A program made the translations under genes and the position numbers. Of a stretch of 64,000 bases of DNA, positions 42,061-51,007 are shown in pieces (positions within the stretch are counted from its first letter, which is position 1; each line of letters starts with the position of its first letter). The notes under the pieces were generated by a model that was given only the letters and a program-made list of their open reading frames with translations, was not told the origin of the DNA and did no database searches. Source of the DNA: Octopus vulgaris (taxonomy: Eukaryota); the NCBI GenBank assembly GCA_951406725.2, contig OX597814.1, positions 21,328,001 to 21,392,000 of the forward strand, written 5' to 3'.

Positions 42061-42685
42061 ATTGATTATATATATATATATATATATATAGTTTACAGTT
42101 CCATTACGATAAGATCAGCAAAAAATGTACTCCATCCATTGAAAGATAAATAAACTGTATTAACATAAGGACACTGGTACTTGAGAAACCACAGGAAAAA
42201 TCCGAGAAGTCTGATGCAAATCGTAGAATAAGAATAAAAAGCAAAAAAAAAAAAATTTAGAGTTACGTACCTTTTGACTATGGAAACCATAATCAACTGC
42301 TAGACACTCTCCGGATTGAGCAGCTATCTCACAGACATTGGAGCCTTTTCCGTTGAATTATTATACGACTTGTTAATTACGTCTCCTACGATCAAATGGG
42401 ACGTAGCTCGAAATTTATTTCTTTTCTTTTCTTTGGTTTTTTTCCTATTTTTATTCACTCTTTCTCATCTCATTCTACCTTTTGCATCAACGTCTCGTTT
42501 CTTTTTTCTCATGGTTTCTCGTGTACCAGCGTCTGTATTTTAAATAGAACAAACCATGCGCTTAGATCCCGGGGATTGCTTGCAGATGCAAGGCACGTTA
42601 TATATATATATATAAAAAGCCTGCCTAGTCACGAGTCTTTTCGACTCTTATTTTATTCAATTGTACGTTAAATTGTGTGTGTGTG

Positions 42686-42688
<3 letters not shown>

Positions 42689-42763
<75 letters not shown>
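42689..42763. repeat. (TA)n tract, left flank of the ribozyme array
   Basis: Direct reading. Confidence 0.98.
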
Positions 42764-42766
<3 letters not shown>

Positions 42767-42987
42767 ATCAATTTAGGGTAGCTAAAAATTCAATAGAAAT
42801 TTATCGCTACCAGCGGTCTAGTGGGAAAGAGAAAATAGTCAAAGACTATATATATAAATTCAACAACAATTAAGGAATGGCCTTAATAGGCCATTCGGTC
42901 CACTAGAAAGAGCAGCCAGGACTCAAACAGCTAAGTAGTAGTAATTCAGAAATTAAATGAAAATTTAAAAACATTTACCCTAATTCA

Positions 42988-43086
42988 TCTTTAGACGATG
43001 CATCGTTTCGGTGTTTTTAATGGCAAACCAGCTTAATTAAATTAAATTAAGTCAATCTACCAACGGCTACACCTCATCGGTAAAGA
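42988..43086 (-). ncRNA. Type I hammerhead ribozyme fold (core CCGAUGA), left arm
   Basis: Reverse complement of 43679-43777. Confidence 0.75.
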
Positions 43087-43678
43087 AGCCAGGAGAGACG
43101 GATATACACGAGGCATCTGTATCAAAGCCCTAGGAATATCTGCCCTAAAATTTTCAAAACCATCGTATTCGCGCCAACTTATCAGCAGTAAATATAAACT
43201 GCTGATTCAATCTCAGAATTAGTCAGAAAATCATCAATTAATCAATTTAGGGTAGCAAGAAATTCAATAGAAATTTATCGCTACCAGCGGTTTAGTGGGA
43301 AAGAGAAAATAGTCAAAGACTATATATATAAATTCAACAACAATTAAGGAATGGCCTTAATAGGCCATTCGGTCCACTAGAAAGAGCAGCCAGGACTCAA
43401 ACCGCTAAGTAGTAGTAATTCAGAAATTAAATGAAAATTTAAAAACATTTACCCTAATTCATCTTTAGACGATGCATCGTTTCTATGCAAATTTCTATTG
43501 AATTTTTTGCTACCCTAAATTAATTAATTGATGATTTTCTGACTAATTCTGAGATTGAATCAGCAGTTTATATTTACTGCTGATAAGTTGGCGCGAATAC
43601 GATGGTTTTGAAAATTTTAGGGCAGATATTCCTAGGGCTTTGATACAGATGCCTCGTGTATATCCGTCTCTCCTGGCT

Positions 43679-43777
43679 TCTTTACCGATGAGGTGTAGCC
43701 GTTGGTAGATTGACTTAATTTAATTTAATTAAGCTGGTTTGCCATTAAAAACACCGAAACGATGCATCGTCTAAAGA
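43679..43777 (+). ncRNA. Type I hammerhead ribozyme fold (core CCGAUGA); predicted cleavage after C43771
   Basis: Stem I TCTTTA/TAAAGA; core CCGATGA; stem II GGTGT/ACACC closing a 54-nt internal hairpin; GAAA; 12-nt palindromic stem III ACGATGCATCGT; GUC triplet. Confidence 0.78.
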
Positions 43778-44152
43778 TGAATTAGGGTAAATGTTTTTAA
43801 ATTTTCATTTAATTTCTGAATTACTACTACTTAGCGGTTTGAGTCCTGGCTGCTCTTTCTAGTGGACCGAATGGCCTATTAAGGCCATTCCTTAATTGCT
43901 GTTGAATTTATATATATAGTCTCTGACTATTTTCTCTTTCCCACTAGACCGCTGGTAGCGATAAATTTCTATTGAATTTTTTGCTACCCTAAATTGATTA
44001 ATTGATGATTTTCTGACTAATTCTGAGATTGAATCAGCAGTTTATATTTACTGCTGATAAGTTGGCGCGAATACGATGGTTTTGAAAATTTTAGGGCAGA
44101 TATTCCTAGGGCTTTGATACAGATGCCTCGTGTATATCCGTCTCTCTTGGCT

Positions 44153-44251
44153 TCTTTACCGATGAGGTGTAGCCGTTGGTAGATTGACTTAATTTAATTT
44201 AATTAAGCTGGTTTGCCATTAAAAACACCGAAACGATGCATCGTCTAAAGA
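44153..44251 (+). ncRNA. Type I hammerhead ribozyme fold (core CCGAUGA); predicted cleavage after C44245
   Basis: Same motif exactly 474 nt downstream of the previous copy. Confidence 0.78.
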
Positions 44252-44375
44252 TGAATTAGGGTAAATGTTTTTAAATTTTCATTTAATTTCTGAATTACTA
44301 CTACTTAGCGGTTTGAGTCCTGGCTGCTCTTTCTAGTGGACCGAATGGCCTATTAAGGCCATTCCTTAATTGTTG

Positions 44376-44411
<36 letters not shown>

Positions 44412-44413
<2 letters not shown>

Positions 44414-44988
44414 CGAGAAGTTGAGGTTATAATAGATAATGGTGTCATTGAGATCCAAAGGTGTCAGGTAATACTGAATAAGTGCTATAGACAGATCATA
44501 GTTAAGTTCCAGATTCGATAATATTGCTAATAAAGGGTTCAACGTTGGTTCTATGTCCACGTGTGAATATACGAATTTTTTGCGCAATGAGATAAAAAAA
44601 CCAAGTCTGAGCATTTATAGATACAAGGTCTTACAGCTGTTTCTAGGATATTAATTAATAATATCCCTTCATCGGAGACGGTGTGAGAGGAAAAATTAAG
44701 TCATAGTTAGTTTCGATGTGATACAAATAGAGAGTGAAGTGGAGGAAAGAAAATAGATGTAAGATATGTATGGGTAGTGAATTCGTAAATCCGTTTTATA
44801 TGCATAATGGTATATATGTGTAATATTCCAATATCCTTTGAGTAAAATCCAAAAGTCCAACAGAGTTTAATAGGAGTCCATCCAGATATAGAGTTTATAA
44901 GCAATGTAAGATTCTCTTAATGACCTTCTATCTATAAATGCTCTAATATCTTGTTTTTTTTTATCTCATTACGCAAAAATTTCGTATA
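44412..44988 (-). mobile_element. Second Penelope-like pLTR relic between (TA)n tracts, with a ~60-bp inverted repeat
   Basis: 44567-44630 and 44922-44988 are imperfect inverted repeats; contains an HHR related to 15938-15985. Confidence 0.6.
44628..44679 (-). ncRNA. Type I hammerhead ribozyme fold (core CCGAUGA)
   Basis: Minus strand GTCT-CCGATGA-A-GGGATAT(tattaatta)ATATCCT-A-GAAA-CAGCTG-TA-AGAC; palindromic ACAGCTGT stem III, GUA site. Confidence 0.68.
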
Positions 44989-45450
44989 TATATATATATA
45001 TTTAGCGCGCGAAAGAGAGGTGAATACTTGTGCGTATGTATATATACATACATACATACACACATACAAGTATATATTTCAGTGCGTGTATATATGCCAA
45101 CGTACAAATGTATGCACTAATGTTGGTATGTGCCTGCGAGTATCTCTATATTCTCTAATAGCTTTCTGAAACTGAAATTTCACTTACGAAACGTTTATGT
45201 ATACTTTAGCAGTTCCACTAGGTGATAGTATACTTTCACTTCTTTATTATACAAGTGTCCAGCTTTTCTGAAATTTTATTTATAGTCATCCGCCGCAAAT
45301 TATTCCCTGAGAATATCGTTGCCATTCTTCATATTTTAACCTTATTCCTTTTCTCCATGCAAATTTGCTTCATAATTTATAGCAACGGTTGGTGGTTCAA
45401 AAATGCTATGTATGTACATATGCGTTTATACATATATCTATATCAATACA

Positions 45451-45549
45451 CACTCACCGGTAAAGTTTCCACTTGAAAAGGTTGCAAGACGCAACAAAAA
45501 TTTTAGGAAAATAAAAATAAGAAATAAGTCGAAATTTTACCGGTGAGTG
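45451..45549. mobile_element. 99-bp Tc1-like micro-MITE
   Basis: TIR CACTCACCGGTAAAGTTTC / GAAATTTTACCGGTGAGTG. Confidence 0.65.
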
Positions 45550-46271
45550 TGTTACATTATAAGGCATAAAAAGAAAATGACTCTCCCCAGACACAACAGA
45601 ATATGCTTCATCACACGAACTCATATAACGAATCTTGCAAACCAAATCCAAAAACGAAATATATCAATACATATCTATAGATGCATATACATGTGTGTGT
45701 GTACGTGTGTGATATAGATATAGATACACACACGCACGCACACACACATATACGCATATATAAGTATATATATTCTATTGTTTTGTAAATGATTTTAATT
45801 CTTATAAAAGAGTTAGTTTCTAATACAGAGACAAAATTCTATCGCTGGAATTTGGAGGATCAACGATATATATTGTCTAACTTAAGAAGTGTCTTGTACA
45901 TTTTTACTACTCCGCTTACAGACCGTATCTGTAAGATGCATTTTTATGTATGTACATTCATATTTCTGTATAGTATTTTGTAGATTTTTTGTAGTCTATT
46001 ATGTTTCCTGTATAGCAAAAAAAAACAACAAAAAAAAAATCTATTTACTGAGAGCATAACAAAATTCTTTTGTTGGAATTGAGTCTGTTCGAGGCATTCA
46101 TAATGTTGTAAATAAAGAGAGATATGTGTATGTAAGTATGTTGTGTATATTGTACCGGAAGTGTATCTATTGTTCTCTGGAAAATTGAAACGAAGTATTT
46201 TTGGAATGAGTTACAAATATTCACTACTCTTTACTGTTTAAGTGAGTCTGCAGGTAATGAATCGAAACTTG

Positions 46272-46341
<70 letters not shown>

Positions 46342-46494
46342 AGTTTACTGCTGAAACAATGTTAAAAAGAAAATTCTATCGAGCCAATGAGATATCCTCC
46401 ATGCCGTCGCTGTTAATAGCTGCAAAAAATCTACCTCCAATACATTCTACACTTATAGAAATATAAAAGAATGCTTTGAATATTTTCAAATTAT

Positions 46495-46660
46495 AGCACA
46501 AGACCGAGCATCTTGAGATACAGGGTAAGTCAATTGCATCGACTGCAGAGATAAACTGGTACTTATCTTATCGGCCCCGAAAGGGTGAAAAGCAAAGAAT
46601 TTGAACTCAAACCGTAAAGACGGACGAAATGCCGCTAAGCATTTTGCCCGATGTGATAAT
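46495..46660 (-). mobile_element. SINE family B, degenerate copy
   Basis: CCCCGAAAGGGTGAAA..ATTTGAACTC..GAAATGCCGCTAAGCATTTTGCCCG. Confidence 0.65.
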
Positions 46661-47254
46661 CAGTGCTGGAAAACATTTGGCTTCATATCCGCTCAATCAG
46701 TATTGTTCCAGAGATAAATGACAAAAAGAACTAGAATTAAAATCCATGTGAATGATAATCTATGGTAAAGAATGTTTTGTTGTTCATTAGCATGACATTC
46801 ACATCAACTGATTTTCTTTTCTTTTAATTCTTAGAAAATAAAGTAACTGTTATGTTTATGTTTCTGTTTGGTCCATTCTGTCTTAGAAAGACAGGATGGA
46901 CGAAATAGAATAGGTAGACATGAGGGATGGAGAGTCGTTGAAGAGGTCACAGGAAGTGTGACTAAATATTTCCAGACAATTAACATAAAATAAGAACAGC
47001 AATAAAAGGGTGAAGAACGAATATATAGTGCGTGTGTTTACTTGGCAAGAAAAAGAAATTACCGTCCCGAAATATAACAAACAAATTTTTCTTACATTAG
47101 TATAAGTTAACTACATTCATACGAATATTTATACACATTCATACATATACACACATATACACTCACTCAAATTCACAAATATTATTTTTACATAAATTGC
47201 GCATGTGTTTATGTGTATGAGTGTGTATGCATTTATGTATGTGTATGTATGCAT

Positions 47255-48210
47255 GTAGTAGTAGGTATCCGTCAGTCTCGAGAGGCCATGGATCTGTACC
47301 CAAAGAAATTGTCAGCTGCTACTGGTGGTGCTGCGTTGGTTGTGGCTATACAGGCCCACACAGGAGTGGTATTTACGCATACAGCGACTGCATTTGAATG
47401 AGGACTCTGTCGGTGCTGCTAATTTTTCCTTCCGTCGAGTTTCATTCCCTTTCGCAGTATTTGCCTCCAGTGTGGGCGATCATTTGCAACCCCCTCCCAT
47501 CTCAGGACGTCCAGATCAAGCGACTCCATAGCTCTCAAACAGACATCTTTGAAATGATGATGAGGTCGTCCTGGTGCTCTTGTGCCAGTAGCCAATTCCC
47601 CATACAGGAATCTCTCCGTCGAGCATGCGATGAACATGACCGAGCCAGTGCAGATGGCGTTGCTGGAACAAGATATGTATGCTGGGTATCTTGGCTCGGT
47701 TAAGGACTTCGGTATTCATGATGTGGTTGGTCCACTTACTGTCCAATATGCGTCTTAAATTGCGAAGGTGAAAGACGTTGAAACGCCGCTCTTGTCTGGA
47801 GTAGAGGCTCCACGTTTCATTGCCATAAATGAGCATACTAAGGACGCACACCTTACCGACAACCATTTTGGTGTTTGCAGCCAGTTTTGTCCCCCAGATG
47901 CTCTTTGTGAGCCTGGCAAATGTGGAGGATGCTTGTCCGATTCGCCCATTGTTCTCAGAGTCCATGGCGAGGTCATCAGCGATGGTAGAGTCGGGATAAA
48001 TGAATTTATGGACTACCTCCAGCTTGTAGTTGTTGATAGTGATGGCGGGAGCGTGCTTGACACTTTGATTGATTGGGTCTTCTTCAGACTGATACTCAGG
48101 CTGAATTTCTGACAGACCTTTGAGAACTTGTCCAAGTGGTACTACATTTGTGCTTCAGAGTGCGCTCTCAGTGCTGCATCGTCTGCGAACAATATTTCTC
48201 TGACGAGTAC
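47255..48210 (-). mobile_element. 5'-truncated RTE-clade LINE (RT C-terminus and 3'UTR, (CTA)n tail)
   Basis: LFADDAAL, RIGQASSTFARL, LIYGNETW, FHLRNLRRIL, RHLHWLGHVHRM, LYGELATGTRAPGRP..FKD; GTAGTAGTAG tail. Confidence 0.88.
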
Positions 48211-48738
48211 ATGTATGCATGTATGGATGCAAGTATTTATGTATAATATTAGCGACAACAATTAATATCTTATATACTTATTAACAAAATATGTCTTCGT
48301 AACAGAATCTAGCAAAAGTATACACATATCCTTATGTATATACCTTTCTCAACATGGGTCAATGTTTCTAACATAAATGTGTATATAGACTTATTTATAC
48401 GCACAATGCGTTCACCAGAAAGTAACAGAGAGAACAGTATAAGAGCACTAGTAGTCTTAATACACACTGGTATTAAGACAACTTTTAAAAGCCGCCGGAA
48501 AGGACCAAACCGAAAATTCGATAAAGTTCAAATACTACCTCTGTACGTATAAAATCTATCCGCGCGAAATTGCTTTACCTGTAGAATAAAACTTTGATAA
48601 TTTAATTGAAAATAGTTTAGAATGATATTTACTGGTGGAATAAATATTTCCTTAATGCAATTGATACGATAATATTCGGAGCTGAAATAAATATTTCGTA
48701 AATACAACATTTCTTTGTGGGAGATTTTAGTAAAGATC

Positions 48739-49341
48739 TGTAGTCACCCTATACAACAGCGCGCGCGCGCAACGCCCTCTCGCGAATACACGAAGTCCGA
48801 AAGAGGGAATTTTGCTGACGTGGCCTTAGCTGACGTGGCCTTGCTGACGTGGCCTTAGCAAGGGAGCGTGAGCCTTAACAAAGAGGCAAGGGAGCGTGAG
48901 CCTTAACAAAGAGGCAAGGGAGCGTAAAGGTTGACCATTAGCGTCCGACAGACAGCGGCAGCCTTTTCATCGAAGCAGACGTTTAATTCGCTCTCTCTCC
49001 GGTTTTGATAGCAGCAGTCTTTTGGCCGAAGACTTTTAACCTGAATTGTTGCAGTCAAATCATCTTCTTCACCCGGACGCCATTTTTGACCCTTTCTGTT
49101 TTGGCGGCTGAACATTGTAAATATTACAATCGATTAACTTTCAGCCTTGCGCGCCCAGAACCAAGGACATCAGATATACCACTGATTTCTCACCGGTATA
49201 AAACAATAAAGTATATCTATTTTTTACGTCTGCGTTTTGTGTTTCTTTGACTGGTAGAGTCTGGATATAAAAGCAACGGAAAGTGATTGCACCAACTTGC
49301 ACCCCAAAAGTGCAAGCGGAGATATTCACATATTCCTTACA
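48739..49341 (+). repeat. 5' LTR (603 bp)
   Basis: TGTAGTCACC...CCTTACA; direct repeat of 53931-54533 with 2 mismatches by my comparison; AATAAA at 49205. Confidence 0.97.
48814..48925 (+). promoter_or_regulatory. U3 enhancer-like tandem repeats: 3 x GCTGACGTGGCCTT(A) and ~2.4 x 28-mer
   Basis: Direct reading; each short unit contains TGACGTGG, a bZIP/UPRE-type motif; also present in the 3' LTR. Confidence 0.6.
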
Positions 49342-49342
49342 G

Positions 49343-49352
49343 TGGTGACCCC
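49343..49352 (+). other. Primer-binding site complementary to the tRNA-Trp 3' end
   Basis: TGGTGACCCC one nt after the LTR; complementary to GGGGUCACCA of eukaryotic tRNA-Trp. Confidence 0.85.
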
Positions 49353-49796
49353 AAAGTTCCAGAGAACACTCAACAAAAAGAAAAAATCCAGTTTTCTGCC
49401 AAGTCTGAAACACGACCAACCTGTTTTCCAGTCCCTTTCAACAGTTTGTTTCTTCATCTGCACTCACGCACGGAAGAAAAAAAAAAAAAAAATAGAAGAA
49501 ATTTTTTTTTCTCGATTAAAACGCGACGAAGGTTGGTAAAAACAAAAAAAAAAAGAAAAGAATTTTTTTCTATTCTCTGTGCACACAGTACAAACAAAAA
49601 AAAATACAAAAAAAAACCAACATTTTTTTTTGTAAATTGCACATTCAAAATTTATTGGTTCAATTGTTGGTCTTTCTTTCTTTCTTCCTTTCTTTTTTCC
49701 CTTTGTTTTTCCTTGTTGCGTCTGTTCAGCGTTGGTTCGTTGTCAGTTTTCTTTTTTCCATTTGACAGAGTCATCTAGTGAATAAAAGGCTACAAA

Positions 49797-50525
49797 ATGT
49801 TTATGGGTTCGTTACCTACTTTTACAGGTGATGCCACACTGTGGTTTTCACAGTTAGAGGCACAATTTCGTGCACAAAGTATTACTCCCGAGCAGCAGTT
49901 GGAAATCCTTTATGGTTGCATGCCGCCACAACTGGCATCTTCAGCAAGGGACCTTATTACAGACCCTAGTCCAGGCGCTACTTATGCGTCTGTTAGATTA
50001 GAGGTTGAAAAAAGAAATACACGAAGCGAGGAAAGTCGTTTCAATGAGTTAATGGCAGATGAGCAACTAGGAGACAGAACTCCGTCAGAATTTTTACGAA
50101 GACTGAGGGAGTTAAGTGGTAATGCATCAGATGCCCCCCTCCTTCGGAAGATTTTTTTCTCGAGGTTGCCCGCCTATATACAGACCGTTTTGGCAACCGG
50201 CTTAGAGACAAATACAGTGGACCAAATAGCGACGATGGCTGATAAGATGGTTGAATTTGCCGTTCAACCATCGTCACGGTCTGCTTGTGCCTGTTCACAG
50301 ACCTCTTCGGCCTCAATTGAGGGGCTTTCTAAACTAATAGAAACCCTCACTAAAAGGATGGACGCGATGTGTCGCGATGGTAAGCGATCTTCAAAATCGC
50401 GAAGTCGCAGTCGTTCATCCTCGAGATCAAAACAGTCTAAGTCTGGACTGTGTTGGTACCACTCCAAGTATGGAGAGAATGCACATAGGTGCACACAGCC
50501 ATGCACTTATAAGTCTTTAAACTAG
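49797..50525 (+). CDS. gag: Gag (242 aa) with a CHCC zinc knuckle
   Basis: LPTF..LWFSQLEAQF, LGDRTPSEFLRRLREL, F.SRLP, CWYHSKYGENAHRCTQPC. Confidence 0.93.
   Translation: MFMGSLPTFTGDATLWFSQLEAQFRAQSITPEQQLEILYGCMPPQLASSARDLITDPSPGATYASVRLEVEKRNTRSEESRFNELMADEQLGDRTPSEFLRRLRELSGNASDAPLLRKIFFSRLPAYIQTVLATGLETNTVDQIATMADKMVEFAVQPSSRSACACSQTSSASIEGLSKLIETLTKRMDAMCRDGKRSSKSRSRSRSSSRSKQSKSGLCWYHSKYGENAHRCTQPCTYKSLN
50516..50522 (+). other. -1 programmed ribosomal frameshift heptamer T TTA AAC
   Basis: In the correct gag phase (TCT TTA AAC TAG); a -1 slip enters the open protease frame ([11 protein letters not shown]..). Confidence 0.8.
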
Positions 50526-51007
50526 ATTCGGAGAATTTGAGCACGTCAACTTCCTCCACAACATTTTCTGGTTATCGTGCATTCTTTGTTAAAGATCTAG
50601 TGTCGAAGAAAAACTTCATGGTAGACACTGGTTCTTGTTGCAGTATTTGGCCTCTGCGTTGCACAACAGACAGGCCAAAGCGATCTAACGTCATCTTGCA
50701 CGCTATTGACTCGTCACCAATAGCCACATTCGGTCAGATGTCGTTGCGCCTTGATATTGGTCTTCGACGAGACTTTCGATGGGTTTTTGTCATTGCCGAC
50801 ATTCCGCATCCTATTTTAGGTGCGGATTTTCTGGATAAATTTGATTTGTTGGTAGATGTCAGACGTCGGAGGTTGGTCGATAGTTCGACTACACTCTCCA
50901 CGCCGACCGGAGAATCTACCAATTTAGCTCTTAGCCCGACATTTTTTGTCGGTACATCTGGAGATGTTTTTCACTCTCTTTTAGCTTCTTTTCCATGTTA
51001 CCTTTAG
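50516..51007 (+). CDS. pol: Pol part 1: aspartic protease, in the -1 frame relative to gag
   Basis: [10 protein letters not shown] active site, PILGADFL motif; stop at 51005-51007. Confidence 0.9.
   Translation, partial: FKLDSENLSTSTSSTTFSGYRAFFVKDLVSKKNFMVDTGSCCSIWPLRCTTDRPKRSNVILHAIDSSPIATFGQMSLRLDIGLRRDFRWVFVIADIPHPILGADFLDKFDLLVDVRRRRLVDSSTTLSTPTGESTNLALSPTFFVGTSGDVFHSLLASFPCYL

Larger units (their letters stand above)
42764..44380. mobile_element. Head-to-head inverted array of a 474-bp hammerhead-containing unit (Penelope pLTR or non-LTR retrozyme-like)
   Basis: Left arm 42764-43483 (~1.5 units, period 474), 5-nt junction TATGC, right arm 43489-44380 (~1.9 units, reverse complement); copies differ by a few substitutions; (TA)n on both sides. 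Confidence 0.88.

Noticed and set aside
49287-49778. 163-aa ORF upstream of gag, and short ORFs within the LTRs
   Set aside because: Low-complexity K/F-rich translations of the A/T-rich leader or LTR with non-ATG starts; no env-like or accessory gene evidence.
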